64,000 nt of DNA from Campylobacterota bacterium (GCA_034661055.1 JAYEKO010000015.1:36950-100949); one strand, 5' to 3'; counted from the first letter of the stretch, positions 32,748 through 43,539 are shown. Notes: generated by a model not told the origin, from the letters alone. A program made the numbers and translations.

Positions 32748-33155
32748 TTATTGAAATTTTACATCCTCATAACGGTCATAAATCCACTCGGCAACAGCAT
32801 TTATCTCATCAGAATTTAATTTGCCCTTGAGCGATGGCATCACTCCAAAACGCTCCAGTGCCATAGCATGGCACATGCTATAGTCCAATGCTGGATTTTC
32901 AATATAGTCTTTAATAAATAGTGTAACGAGATGACGATGAATATCTTCATCATCATCTTTAACAATAATGTTCTCTTTAATCTTATTAGAAACCTCAACC
33001 ATTGGTGGTGCCTTGAGTGTCTTAAAAGTTCGCTTGGTCTCTTTGACGCTTATCATCTCAACATGACAAGACATGCAGTGCTTTTTATAGACTTCATATC
33101 CATCTGCCGCAGAAACAACTGCACCTGCTATTAGTAGTAATAATAATTTATTCAT
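32748..33155 (-). CDS. monoheme c-type cytochrome
   Basis: Signal peptide from MNKLLL (33155), CMSCH, APP, GVMPS. Confidence 0.85.
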   Translation of the reverse strand: MNKLLLLLIAGAVVSAADGYEVYKKHCMSCHVEMISVKETKRTFKTLKAPPMVEVSNKIKENIIVKDDDEDIHRHLVTLFIKDYIENPALDYSMCHAMALERFGVMPSLKGKLNSDEINAVAEWIYDRYEDVKFQ

Positions 33156-33786
33156 TTGTAATTTCCATATCAATATTTTTGGTTTCAATCTGAGTAGCGG
33201 GTGTGACTACTGTATTTTGGGTAAACGTTTCTACTAGTTTTGCCTGCTGTTCTGGTGCAAGTTTTCCACGTTCAAGCGTATCCAAAATACGGTCTGCCAT
33301 CTTTGCTTGAAGCTCTCTATCTTTCATATAAATATCTTTTTGTAAAATATCTTCATGCATCTTGAGTCGATCTTTACGACGTTTTTGTAAAAAATAAAAT
33401 GTAAAGATTGTAGCAAAGAACATTGCAAGGGCAATAAGTCCAACATATATTTTTTGAACTGAAATAGAGTGTTGCATAATAACAATTTCAGTATCACTTT
33501 TTTTAAATTCAATCTCTTTTTCAATACCAGCTTTGTGCAGAGTAGTCTCTTGTCGAAGTTTTTGCAGGCTAATATCACGGTCTTTATTAATCAAGGCAAT
33601 CTCTTTTTGGTTGGCTGCTTTAATTTTTGCAGACTCTATCATCACTTTTCTATCCACTTGAGGAGTATTTCCATATACTTTCTTTGGACTATTTGTTGCA
33701 TTGGGAACAACAGGCTTTGATCGGTCAAAATCATTTCCACAACCCACAAGCAAGAGCAGGGCTAATATAAGAAAAATGTATCTCAT
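33148..33786 (-). CDS. hypothetical lipoprotein with internal TM helix
   Basis: Lipobox LVGC; hydrophobic segment YVGLIALAMFFATIFTFYFL. Confidence 0.65.
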   Translation of the reverse strand: MRYIFLILALLLLVGCGNDFDRSKPVVPNATNSPKKVYGNTPQVDRKVMIESAKIKAANQKEIALINKDRDISLQKLRQETTLHKAGIEKEIEFKKSDTEIVIMQHSISVQKIYVGLIALAMFFATIFTFYFLQKRRKDRLKMHEDILQKDIYMKDRELQAKMADRILDTLERGKLAPEQQAKLVETFTQNTVVTPATQIETKNIDMEITNE

Positions 33787-33856
33787 TTCTATCTCTTTTT
33801 TTCAAGTCCAAGTATTATATAGAAATATGATAAACAAGAGTAGGTATAATAATTTT

Positions 33857-35395
33857 TTATGCTACTTCTGTATTGAATGTTTTATAAAAATCATAAAGCT
33901 CGTCTGCTAATAGTGCTTCTGTAAATAAGTACCCCTGTGCTGACTCTATATCTAACGATTTACTTACTTCTAGATGCTTGTCTATTTCAACACCCTCAGC
34001 AACAACACTCAATCCCATTACACGTCCTAATGTACTCATGGCGGAGACGAGCTCTTTATCTTTTTGATTAATTATTATCTCATTAATAAGCGACTTATCT
34101 ATTTTAATTTTATCTATTGGTAAGCGTTTAAGATACCCCATTGAAGAGTATCCTTTTCCAAACTCATCCACAGCGAGTTGAATACCAAGATTTTTTAATT
34201 CACTTAAAATAGGAATTAATAATTGAGCATCTTGAATTAAGATTGATTCTGACACTTCTAGCTCAATTAGAGATGCTTTAATTCCATATTTTTCAATTGC
34301 ATTTTTTACTGTTGAAATTAATCTATCATCTTTTAGCTGAACTACCGATATATTTATTGAGATTTGAGTCGGCATACCATCATCGCAATATTTTTTACAC
34401 TGATAGCATACTCTATCTATAACCCATGCACCAATCTCAACTATTAAACCATTTTTTTCTGCTCGATCAATAAACTGTGAAGGCATTACAATCCCCCTAC
34501 CTGGTTGGCTCCACCGTATGAGTGCTTCTGCCTCTTTTACATTAGAGTCTTGTAGGTTAATCCGCGGCTGATACACAAGCATGAACTCTTCATTCTCAAG
34601 AGCTTGCTTTAGTGCATTATCTAAAATAATATTTTTCTTCACTTTCTTATCAAGCTCATCAGTATAAAATTTATAGCAGTTTTTACCTCTCTCTTTTGCT
34701 TGATACATCGCCGCGTCTGCCGCTTTAAATAGACCTATCCTATATTCACCATTATCTGGATAGATGCTAATACCAATACTAAAGCTCATTGAGATGCTAT
34801 GACCATCTATGACAAAGGGCGTATTAAAACTTTTAACAATCCTTTCAGACATAATGGAGGTCTGCTCTGGCTCACTGATAGCATCAAGAAGCATTATAAA
34901 TTCATCGCCTCCAATACGTCCCACCGCATCATTTTCTCTAATTAATTTTTTTAGGCGGGTAGCAACTTCAATAAGAACTTTATCTCCTATATCATGTCCT
35001 AGCGTATCGTTAATGGGTTTAAAATTATCCAAATCCAAGTAGAGTATGGCAAACTTTGAATTATTACGCTTAGAGCGAGCAATTATTTTATCGATAAGAA
35101 TCTCAACTGCTCGCCGATTTAACAGTGATGTTAATGAGTCCTGAAAGGCAATATTTTGAAGTTCTAAATTATAATCTTCTGTACGCTTGTCTTTTTTTGA
35201 GACAAAAGAGGCCCCAATAAAAGCAAAACTCAAAAGTACTACTGTCAAATAAAGAATGCTGTAAGTAGAAAATGGTGTACTGCTCAAAATAAGGGTTGAT
35301 GTAACAACTAATATGAATGCCAAAACTAGAGATGTTGTCTTACAAAATTTGTTCAAATTCACCTCTTCTTTAATAGTTGCTTGATATTCCAACAT
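33857..35395 (-). CDS. membrane-anchored GGDEF-EAL protein
   Basis: Two TM segments; DLDNFK, RIGGDEF; AEALIRW, AEGVE. Confidence 0.93.
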   Translation of the reverse strand: MLEYQATIKEEVNLNKFCKTTSLVLAFILVVTSTLILSSTPFSTYSILYLTVVLLSFAFIGASFVSKKDKRTEDYNLELQNIAFQDSLTSLLNRRAVEILIDKIIARSKRNNSKFAILYLDLDNFKPINDTLGHDIGDKVLIEVATRLKKLIRENDAVGRIGGDEFIMLLDAISEPEQTSIMSERIVKSFNTPFVIDGHSISMSFSIGISIYPDNGEYRIGLFKAADAAMYQAKERGKNCYKFYTDELDKKVKKNIILDNALKQALENEEFMLVYQPRINLQDSNVKEAEALIRWSQPGRGIVMPSQFIDRAEKNGLIVEIGAWVIDRVCYQCKKYCDDGMPTQISINISVVQLKDDRLISTVKNAIEKYGIKASLIELEVSESILIQDAQLLIPILSELKNLGIQLAVDEFGKGYSSMGYLKRLPIDKIKIDKSLINEIIINQKDKELVSAMSTLGRVMGLSVVAEGVEIDKHLEVSKSLDIESAQGYLFTEALLADELYDFYKTFNTEVA

Positions 35396-35488
35396 ATTAT
35401 ATTTGAATTATTTACTGTTATTGTAGAATAGTAGCGTAAATAAACAAAAAAAGTTTTGAAACACTCTCTCTTTTGTTATAATGGCTTA

Positions 35489-35620
35489 ATGGATACTAAT
35501 CAAACAGCAACTACTATCATTAACACGGCTCTGCTTCCAAACTTTTTACTTTGGTTAGCAATGTTTTTAATTATGGGTTATCTCTGGTATATACTTGAGT
35601 ACAAGCCGCATAAACGCTAG
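35489..35620 (+). CDS. 43-aa single-pass membrane protein, probably leaderless (not in ORF track)
   Basis: MDTNQTATTIINTALLPNFLLWLAMFLIMGYLWYILEYKPHKR*; TGTTATAAT ends 6 nt before the ATG; no RBS. Confidence 0.65.
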   Translation: MDTNQTATTIINTALLPNFLLWLAMFLIMGYLWYILEYKPHKR

Positions 35621-36048
35621 GTTCTAGAGTTAAGACCTCTTTTTAACATCTCTTCAATATTATTTTCGTAGTTTGGATTCATCTGCTTGAGTTGATTTTC
35701 AAAATGTACTACTATTTTTGCATTGACATGTTTGTGATGACAAACTGTGACAAGCAGTGATGCGTACTCTTGAAATTTTTTATTGGGATGGATTCCCTGT
35801 TTTGGTGGAATGGTTCCGTAGTACTTTAAAAGATCATTAACAGCATTATGTAGTTCAGCTGTAGAAGCCTCTTGATTTTTCATAATAGCTTTTAGCTCTT
35901 TAAATGTTGGTACAACAGTATCTGCTTCACTTTTTTTAGATGAAATAGACTCTTTTTTTTTCTGAGCAGATTTAATATAGAAAACAACTAATGCTATAAG
36001 AAGCAGCGATAAAACTGCTATGGCTAAAAGTAGGTTAAGTGAAATCAT
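35617..36048 (-). CDS. hypothetical protein with N-terminal membrane anchor
   Basis: Hydrophobic N-terminus, helical C-terminal domain. Confidence 0.65.
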   Translation of the reverse strand: MISLNLLLAIAVLSLLLIALVVFYIKSAQKKKESISSKKSEADTVVPTFKELKAIMKNQEASTAELHNAVNDLLKYYGTIPPKQGIHPNKKFQEYASLLVTVCHHKHVNAKIVVHFENQLKQMNPNYENNIEEMLKRGLNSRT

Positions 36049-36151
36049 TTTAAGACCTAAAAGTTTTACATGTATTTTAGCAGAAGTTTAAAAGGTGGGA
36101 TGAGAAAGGAGGGGGAACCTTATCTCATTTACTATTTGGAGTGTAACTATT

Positions 36152-37309
36152 TTACCAATGTACTTCAGCAGTCACAAGTATATCTGTACGTTTTTCTACA
36201 TCTATACCTTTGTAGTTTTTACCATCGGCAGGGTCATACGTCTGTCCAGAAAGTAGCCATTTTACATTTTTGTTTTGCTGCCATGCCGCACCATAAATGT
36301 AACTGTTAGTCTCATACTCTTCACCAGAAAGTGTCTTTTCAGCAGTCCAGTTATCATAACGACCAATAATTGAATACTCTTTTTTATCTCCAAAACGGTA
36401 GGTTCCATTGAGAGAAAAACCGCTACCATTATATTGGCTTGTGTCACTAAGTTCATTATCATTATCTGAAACAACATACTGACCACTCACAAGAAGTGAT
36501 GGCATATTATAAACCGTGTGAAGACCATAGATTGCATAGGTCTGCTCATCATTTTTAGAGCTGTCCATATTATACTGACCAAAGAATGATGCATCAAAAT
36601 AGTCATCTTTAAGTGGTTTACGTTTCTTCTTGCCGTTTCCTAAAATTGCTGCTGTTGCACGCCACTCTAGTGAATTACCTGCGCCTGTCTCTTGGGCATG
36701 ATACCCTTCACCGTTGAATAGACCTACTTCAGAAGTAAAGTAATCTGTTTTAGTCTTAAAGTTAACCCCTAAGTCTGCTGAGTTTGTTAAATGAGATGCT
36801 TCACTTGCTTCAACAAAGACTTTAGAGATTGAACGCACCCACCAACCTTGATGCTCTTCATAATCAATCCATGGACGATGAACCTGTCCAAATTCCATAC
36901 CTGTATTTGGAAGCACTTCATTTAAATAGAGATATGCATATTTAAGACGTACTTTCCAGTCACCAGTCTCATCTTGGTGTGTATCAAGAGTGGTACGTAA
37001 ATAACTCTTTGGATCATCAAACAGATATGCTTTTACCTGAAAGTAGTTACGACGTGTTTCAAAGTTTGTTGTTGTGTCTCCATTTTCTGGACTTGACGCT
37101 TTAAATCCAAGGTAATGTACACCACTAAATTTTAGTTTACTTGTTTTTGCGTAAACTGGAGTATCACTCTTTTTCATCTCAATACGGTTTTCACCCGGCT
37201 GTGTAAATACCTGCCCTGTTGCAGTATCCGTATAGAGTTTTGTTGTACCAGCTAGAAGTGCTGGAGCTACTACCAATGCTGCTAGTGCAGAAAGTGCTAT
37301 TTTTTTCAT
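36152..37309 (-). CDS. outer-membrane porin (possibly phosphate-selective)
   Basis: Signal peptide MKKIALS (37309); RRNYFQVK, RLKYAYL, C-terminal EVHW; pho-like repeats upstream. Confidence 0.7.
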   Translation of the reverse strand: MKKIALSALAALVVAPALLAGTTKLYTDTATGQVFTQPGENRIEMKKSDTPVYAKTSKLKFSGVHYLGFKASSPENGDTTTNFETRRNYFQVKAYLFDDPKSYLRTTLDTHQDETGDWKVRLKYAYLYLNEVLPNTGMEFGQVHRPWIDYEEHQGWWVRSISKVFVEASEASHLTNSADLGVNFKTKTDYFTSEVGLFNGEGYHAQETGAGNSLEWRATAAILGNGKKKRKPLKDDYFDASFFGQYNMDSSKNDEQTYAIYGLHTVYNMPSLLVSGQYVVSDNDNELSDTSQYNGSGFSLNGTYRFGDKKEYSIIGRYDNWTAEKTLSGEEYETNSYIYGAAWQQNKNVKWLLSGQTYDPADGKNYKGIDVEKRTDILVTAEVHW

Positions 37310-37339
37310 TAAAAAATCCCCTAACATTAAATTTGACGA

Positions 37340-37382
37340 ATTCTATAACAATTTGATTACCTAAAGGTTACAAGAATGTTAC
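37340..37382 (-). promoter_or_regulatory. three 11-bp-period GTAA(C/T) direct repeats plus TAGAAT -10 (PhoB/OmpR-type box)
   Basis: Plus-strand TTAC at 37357, 37368, 37379; -10 at 37345-37340, 9 nt downstream of the last repeat. Confidence 0.6.
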
Positions 37383-38071
37383 AGATCTTGATTATGCAGC
37401 GTCATCTCATAGACCCATTGCTGCAATGGAAACATCGCTTCATAGGTCTCATAGAGCGTGTGAATCAGCTCTTTAGAGTGAATTGCTTTAGCTGAAAAGG
37501 TTTTATAGGTAAACATACTGGCAAACTTGGCAAGCTCCTCGAACTCCATATTTTTTTCAAATCCACGAGGCAGTCGTTTATATTTTGGCTCAGGTAGTAA
37601 AAAACCCTTAGATTTCATATCTTCTAAAATTACATGTAAATTTTTACAGTGCTCTCTATTTTTAATATATTCTCTGTAAATTACCAAAGTCTCACTAGAA
37701 AACCCTCTAATGCCCACAGCCACAAACAGTTCATCGGGAGAAAAATGCAGGTAAAAAGAGCTGCTCTGCATCCGCTTGCCGCTGCCTTGCCAAAATATAA
37801 GACCAATTCTGCTTTTTATGGGAGTTTTATCTTTGGAGAAACGGATATCACGGTATATGCGAAAAAGAGAGCCATTAATTTTTGGGATGGCATTAACAGT
37901 AGGTTCGAGTGCTTGAAGATGTTCTCCTATCTCCGTAGCCGCCTCACGACTTGGCTGTAAAATAAGGGCTTCATACTCACTTCTATGTGCTTCAAACCAC
38001 TCTTTGGTATTGTTTTTTCGGATACGTTCTAAAAAATTTAGACTCTCTTTGGAAAAACAGACAAAACTCAT
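37379..38071 (-). CDS. DUF2461 (TIGR02453-like) protein
   Basis: NN.KEWFEAHRSEY, FRIYRDIRFSKDKTP.K, KRLPRGF. Confidence 0.85.
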   Translation of the reverse strand: MSFVCFSKESLNFLERIRKNNTKEWFEAHRSEYEALILQPSREAATEIGEHLQALEPTVNAIPKINGSLFRIYRDIRFSKDKTPIKSRIGLIFWQGSGKRMQSSSFYLHFSPDELFVAVGIRGFSSETLVIYREYIKNREHCKNLHVILEDMKSKGFLLPEPKYKRLPRGFEKNMEFEELAKFASMFTYKTFSAKAIHSKELIHTLYETYEAMFPLQQWVYEMTLHNQDL

Positions 38072-38108
38072 ACACTACTCCACGCCATTTTTTGAAGTAT
38101 TTTAGCAT

Positions 38109-38546
38109 TTAAAAATAGAATTTCTCCAAACACTCTTTAAAATCACTGCACCGGACACAACGTACAAAACGCTGCTTCTTCTTTAGTAAACTATAAGAAG
38201 TTCCATTGGCAAAAGAGATAACCCAAGCATAAGGAGCATTCCAAGAGTAAGTACTTGATGTCCAGTACTCTTTCGCTTTGTAGTAGATGAAACCTTTTAA
38301 AATCTTTCGACCCTGAGGGCGATTACTATCTACAAGTGTAGAGAGCTCTTCTTCACTTGGTAGCCACCAATCATCATAATTAGCAATATCAAGCTCTTCA
38401 CAGTACTCTTTTGCCTCTTCCCAAGTAAAAATGACACCCTTGTTCTCAGGAATATCCTGCCACATGAGTGCCGTTTTATTATCTATTACAAATGGAGTAG
38501 CTAAGAGTAAATTACATGTAAATAGTAAAAAGCCAATGAATTTCAT
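38109..38546 (-). CDS. DUF1566/Lcl-domain protein
   Basis: DNKTALMWQ, TWEEAKEYC, DWWLPSEEEL, YWTSS, AWVISF, VRCVR. Confidence 0.85.
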   Translation of the reverse strand: MKFIGFLLFTCNLLLATPFVIDNKTALMWQDIPENKGVIFTWEEAKEYCEELDIANYDDWWLPSEEELSTLVDSNRPQGRKILKGFIYYKAKEYWTSSTYSWNAPYAWVISFANGTSYSLLKKKQRFVRCVRCSDFKECLEKFYF

Positions 38547-41500
38547 TAGTATTTATACGAAAGCCCCACATCAAAGAAACGTCCTACTTTGTAGCGTTTT
38601 GTGATATTTTCACCCTCTTTCCAGACAATTTCATCATCTAAAATATTACGTATTTTAAAGGTCAATTTTAAGTTTTCTTCAAACTTCTCTTGCCACGTAA
38701 AGTCAAGAATATTTGGTGGAACCTCAACAGAATCAGGATACTCTTTAACCCCATTCTTAAGCCCTATTTTACGAATACGTTCACCCATTTTATTGTACGA
38801 GAAGTTCACAGAACGGCTCTCTCTGTCATCATAACCTAAACTAAGATTAATAACATAAGGAGATAAGCCCTGCAACTCTCTGTTATTAGAGGTAAAGTGA
38901 TTTTCTTGTTTCTCTGTTAATTCCACATTAGATTGAATATAAGAGAAGTTTCCTGAAATATAGTAGTTCTCTAAGCCGTCATCTACAAAGTCCATTGTTT
39001 TATATCCATCAATCTCAAATCCATACAGATCAGCACGTTTTGAATTCATAAATGAATACACTGGCATTGATGATGAGATTAGCTGGGTATCTTCAATAGG
39101 ATTATCCATTATTTTGTAAAACAGTGACCCTGACATACTCTCCATTGCATTAAAATAGTGTGCGTATTTAAAATCAAAACTTGTAATGTCTGTATGTGTC
39201 AAAAATGGATTACCAATAACCGTTGCCACCTCATCAGGGTCATCATAACCACTACTTGAAAATTCTCTAAAGTCAGGGTAAACATACGTTTGTGAGAAAG
39301 CAAAACGTAACTGATCATCATCATTAAGTTTGTATTTCACATCAAAGTGTGGCAGTATTTTATCTATAGTAAGTTCATTAGGCTCAATAGTGACAAGGTT
39401 CCCGTTAGATGGATCTTTTTTATACTCATACATCACCTGCTTAAGAGCCACTTGACGTGCTCCAAATACCACCTCAAGTTCACTTGTCGGGTTCAATAAG
39501 ACTTTAGCAAAAATAGAGTCTTCATCTAAGGTCGCATCATAATAATCTGATGGAGCGTAAAGAGATTGAATAAGAAAAGCACTTTGAAAATATGATGCAT
39601 CACTCTGAGATACATACTTATCTAAAATAAAGTCCGGCTTCTCCTGTTTGTCTTGATCATCTATCTTTCCTGTACCTTTATCGGCGCTCAAATAGTACTT
39701 ATTGGCACGAGATTCACGATATTTTGAAACCAAGTCAATACCAATTATAATACTATCATCCTCACTTAGCATTGGAATGTCCATTTTATTGTTTGCATAA
39801 AAATGGTCAACATCATCATTAGAAGTGATGTTATGAAAAATAAGATTTTGTGTAGATTGCGTCTTTAACTCAAAATTCTCACCTGTTTTTGAGTAATCAA
39901 TGTAAATATATTTCAAGTTGGCAGGTTGATACATCTGTGCATATGCTTTCTCTCCACCAAAGTTTAATTCCATTGGCACATACGCCTCATATTTAAGAGA
40001 ACCTGTCAACTGGTTAATATCTAGGGTACGCTCTTGCCACTCTAAGTAGTAGTTGTTTTGCAAACTATCATTTGAGCCAAGCTCCCCATCAAAAACACGT
40101 GTATTTTCATCAGTATTTAAGAGTACCATCTTTGTAAACAGGAGGTTGAAAATATCATCATAGTTATAGCTAAGATTAAGCATCCCTCCATGTTTATATT
40201 TACTTTTAGTTTTACTCACCTCTCCCATACTATCAGGCGTGTCTTCAACCTCACCGCTATCTAGCATCTCATAATCATAAGTCTCTTCAACGTAGTGCGC
40301 GTGTGCTTGCTCATAAGAGTAGTTTGCTAAAATACCGACACTGTGTTTATCATTAATCTCAAATCGTTTTGAGAACTCAATAGAGCCTTTATAGCCTAGA
40401 GGAACATCTTTAGTAAAAGTGTTCTGCTTGCGCTCGGCTAACATTTTTGTGTACTCTATGAGTTGATCTTTTGTAAAAGGACGGTTCCCGTCTTTATCTT
40501 TAAAAAAGGGGTCAAAGTTAGGGACTTTTTCACCCTCTTGGACACTACCTGCTGCTAAAATCTCTTGATCTATTTCACGGGTACCGTCATCTTTACCTCT
40601 CCAGTCACTACTGCTACCATGATAAAAAGTACCCTCATTAAAAGTTGAGCTATTACCTTTTAGCGACCCTCCGATTTTAATGTAATCCTCTGTAATATCT
40701 TTTTTGGTACGAATATCAATATATCCACCCCCAAAGTTTGCCGGAATATCTGCAGAAAATGATTTTTGAACCTTTAGACTTCCAATAACACCTGCTGGAA
40801 AAATATCTAAAGGTACAACACGCTTAATTGGGTCGGGTGATGGTAGGGTCATGCTGTTCATCTGTACATTTGAGTAACGTTCTCCAAGCCCACGAACGTA
40901 AATATTTTTTCCATCAACAATAGTAATTCCTGAGACACGTTTTAGTGCAGCCGCAGCATTGCTATCCCCTTTTTTTGAGAGCTGTTCTGAACCTAAAATA
41001 TCTGCAATTGAGCTACTTTTTTTCATCTCGGCAGTTAGCGCAGCGATGCTCCCTTCCACCTGTGGCGCTAAGACAACAAACTCTTCAAGCTCCATAGCAG
41101 AGGGGGTCAGTTCAACAAGCTTACTCACGGTTTCTTTGGCAATAATTTTAACCTTAAAGGTCTGCGCACTAAAATCACTATGAATAGCAGAGAGTGTATG
41201 TTCACCCTCCGGCAGGTCTAAGGCAACATTTCCCTTGGCATCACTTTTAACATCAATACTCATTCCCTTAACAAAAATGCGTACCTCTGCAATTTTTTTA
41301 CTATCTTCAGACGAGAGTAGAGAGAGAAGAACCGTACCCTTGGCTTTTGTAACGTCAACCTTCGCAATCTCTTGCTCACTACTGCCTTGTGATGCTTCTA
41401 CATCAGAAAATCCTAATGTATTAGTCGATGTTAGTGATAAAATCACCTGAGACTCTTTTAACGCTTCAATGCTAACACTCTTTTTAACAAAGGCTTGAGC

Positions 41501-41755
41501 AACACCATTCTCTTTTGAAAGCAGGTGAATACTATAACTCCCTTCTGCTAATTTTGTAAAGATGTAGCCATCAGAGTCTGCTTTAAAGTTAAGCTCTACT
41601 CTCTCTTTGTTCTTGGCCTCTTTGTCTATCTTAAAAACAACTACCTCTTGTTGTGGTAGAGGTTTTCCATCTTTAAGCACATATAAAGAGAGTTCTCCTA
41701 ACTCTGAAGCAATCAGTGAAACTGTTAAAAGTAATAGGCTAAAAATAAGTTTCAT
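38546..41755 (-). CDS. large TonB-dependent receptor with N-terminal carboxypeptidase-regulatory-like domains
   Basis: ALKRVSGI, VRGLGERY, VPLDIFP, GGYIDI plug; C-terminal GLSYKY; start MKLIFS at 41755 (TAATG overlap). Confidence 0.88.
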   Translation of the reverse strand: MKLIFSLLLLTVSLIASELGELSLYVLKDGKPLPQQEVVVFKIDKEAKNKERVELNFKADSDGYIFTKLAEGSYSIHLLSKENGVAQAFVKKSVSIEALKESQVILSLTSTNTLGFSDVEASQGSSEQEIAKVDVTKAKGTVLLSLLSSEDSKKIAEVRIFVKGMSIDVKSDAKGNVALDLPEGEHTLSAIHSDFSAQTFKVKIIAKETVSKLVELTPSAMELEEFVVLAPQVEGSIAALTAEMKKSSSIADILGSEQLSKKGDSNAAAALKRVSGITIVDGKNIYVRGLGERYSNVQMNSMTLPSPDPIKRVVPLDIFPAGVIGSLKVQKSFSADIPANFGGGYIDIRTKKDITEDYIKIGGSLKGNSSTFNEGTFYHGSSSDWRGKDDGTREIDQEILAAGSVQEGEKVPNFDPFFKDKDGNRPFTKDQLIEYTKMLAERKQNTFTKDVPLGYKGSIEFSKRFEINDKHSVGILANYSYEQAHAHYVEETYDYEMLDSGEVEDTPDSMGEVSKTKSKYKHGGMLNLSYNYDDIFNLLFTKMVLLNTDENTRVFDGELGSNDSLQNNYYLEWQERTLDINQLTGSLKYEAYVPMELNFGGEKAYAQMYQPANLKYIYIDYSKTGENFELKTQSTQNLIFHNITSNDDVDHFYANNKMDIPMLSEDDSIIIGIDLVSKYRESRANKYYLSADKGTGKIDDQDKQEKPDFILDKYVSQSDASYFQSAFLIQSLYAPSDYYDATLDEDSIFAKVLLNPTSELEVVFGARQVALKQVMYEYKKDPSNGNLVTIEPNELTIDKILPHFDVKYKLNDDDQLRFAFSQTYVYPDFREFSSSGYDDPDEVATVIGNPFLTHTDITSFDFKYAHYFNAMESMSGSLFYKIMDNPIEDTQLISSSMPVYSFMNSKRADLYGFEIDGYKTMDFVDDGLENYYISGNFSYIQSNVELTEKQENHFTSNNRELQGLSPYVINLSLGYDDRESRSVNFSYNKMGERIRKIGLKNGVKEYPDSVEVPPNILDFTWQEKFEENLKLTFKIRNILDDEIVWKEGENITKRYKVGRFFDVGLSYKY

Positions 41756-42900
41756 TATTGGCACTCCCAAAAATTGTCTTGACACTTTTCTATATTTTTT
41801 CTCACTTCAGTCGCTTTGGCAAAGAGGTCAGGTCGTGTCAGATTTTTTAGCTCTGATTCACTACTTACATAGTCACCAATAGAGTAATGACTGTAAGCTA
41901 AAGCGTAACGTATATCTTCATTTTCAATAAGCCCCGAACGATAAAGCTCTTTTTTCATAGCAACAATACGCTCATACTCCCCAAACTCAAGAAAAATAGC
42001 GATACGCTGTTTGTACTTCTCTTTGGTATCTAACATCTGAGAATTTTTAAATAAGGCTAGGGTAAACTCACTTGCTCGGCGCATCATCTCAGCAGACTCT
42101 TTAATGTACTTTGTATCTTCAATTGAGGCTTCATCAAACAGATCTGCGGCAGCTTGAATCATCTCTTTATCAATGTAAAGGTGTGCAAGCAGTACCGTTG
42201 TCTCAGCGCTACTTTCAAACTGCAAGTTGGCAGTTTCACACAACTCTATGGCACGGTTAGTTTCACCACTTTTACGCATAGTGTTAATAAATGAAAGTGA
42301 TGTTTTAGCTGTTGGTTTGGCATGTTTCATGTAAACGCCAGCATCATCCAGAGCACTTTGATACAAGTTAAGTTCTATGAAGTAGTAGAAACGTTGCTTA
42401 TAGAAACTCCACTGCTTTGGAAACTTTTTCAGAGCAGTTTTAAGTGTTTCTAAGGCATTTTCATGATTCTGTAGCTTCCAGTGAGCATCTGCTTTAAGAC
42501 CCAGAACCTTAGGTTTCTCATCTGCTAATTTTCCAGCATTTTTAATATAGCTTATGGTGTTTTTATACTCTTTAAGCTGATAACTATTTTGCGCCATATA
42601 GAGATAAATCGATTTATCTTCTTGACCATTTTTTAAGGCATCTAAAAAGTTAACATTAGCTTTTTTGTACTGTTTTTTCTTGCTTAAAACCAATCCCTTG
42701 AGCGTATAGTAGCGCGGAAGATCGACACTGCTTTTGTTTAAATCAACTTGGTTAAGTGTTTCATTGGCTCTATCATAATAACCATCTTTCATTAGCAGCG
42801 CTGCCAATGCTACGAAATCCACCTCATTTTTTTTAGCATAGAGCACTACACTCAACGCTGCTGTAATAATAATACTTAAAAATAATTTCATCATCTTCAC
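41755..42900 (-). CDS. TPR-repeat periplasmic protein
   Basis: Signal peptide, repeated helical A/Y pattern; inside the TonB operon. Confidence 0.75.
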   Translation of the reverse strand: MKMMKLFLSIIITAALSVVLYAKKNEVDFVALAALLMKDGYYDRANETLNQVDLNKSSVDLPRYYTLKGLVLSKKKQYKKANVNFLDALKNGQEDKSIYLYMAQNSYQLKEYKNTISYIKNAGKLADEKPKVLGLKADAHWKLQNHENALETLKTALKKFPKQWSFYKQRFYYFIELNLYQSALDDAGVYMKHAKPTAKTSLSFINTMRKSGETNRAIELCETANLQFESSAETTVLLAHLYIDKEMIQAAADLFDEASIEDTKYIKESAEMMRRASEFTLALFKNSQMLDTKEKYKQRIAIFLEFGEYERIVAMKKELYRSGLIENEDIRYALAYSHYSIGDYVSSESELKNLTRPDLFAKATEVRKNIEKCQDNFWECQ

Positions 42901-43539
42901 TTACTGTAGGTCAAAGCGAACTTTCTGTTTCGCCCATACTTTAACCGCTTTACCTTGATATACTGCCGGCTCAAACGTCCAGCTTTTCACACCTGCCACT
43001 GCCACTTCATCAAATACACCTTGAGGGTGACTCTCTAATACTCTCACCTTATCTACACGACCTGACTGGGTAATAAACAGGTTCATTAGCACATAGCCAG
43101 TCACCCCGTTTGCACGTGCTTTTTTAGGGTAATCCATGGCTGAACGTGAAACAGGTTTTGGTGCAACATCAACCGTATCGCCCGTCATCACCATATCTTT
43201 TCCCATATCGCCGAGTAACGAGTCGTCCATATTTAACTCTTCGCTCATAAAAGATTCTAAGCCTGTGTCAATACCACTAAGAGATGACATCATTGTAGGA
43301 ACAGGAGCAGTTCGTTTTGGCTTAGACGGTTTTTTCTTAGGTTTTGGTTTTGGTTTTGGTTTTGGCTTAGGTTTTTGCATTTTTTTAACATCAAAATCAG
43401 CACTTGAAGCTTTCTTGTCTGTTGACATTAAGCCACCATCAGCATTCATCAGCATTAAAATATAGAAGACAAAACTAACACCAAGAAGCATCCATACAAA
43501 TGCTTTGAGATGGTTTTTAACCTGAGACTCTTCTCTCAC
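42901..43539 (-). CDS. tonB: energy transducer TonB
   Basis: TM anchor, (PK)n linker, YPKKAR..GVTGYV, W.FEPA; start uncertain (GTG 43539). Confidence 0.9.
   Translation of the reverse strand: MREESQVKNHLKAFVWMLLGVSFVFYILMLMNADGGLMSTDKKASSADFDVKKMQKPKPKPKPKPKPKKKPSKPKRTAPVPTMMSSLSGIDTGLESFMSEELNMDDSLLGDMGKDMVMTGDTVDVAPKPVSRSAMDYPKKARANGVTGYVLMNLFITQSGRVDKVRVLESHPQGVFDEVAVAGVKSWTFEPAVYQGKAVKVWAKQKVRFDLQ

Noticed and set aside
43337..43376. (GGTTTT)n hexamer tandem repeat
   Set aside because: Encodes the normal Pro-Lys linker of TonB; no evidence of a contingency locus.
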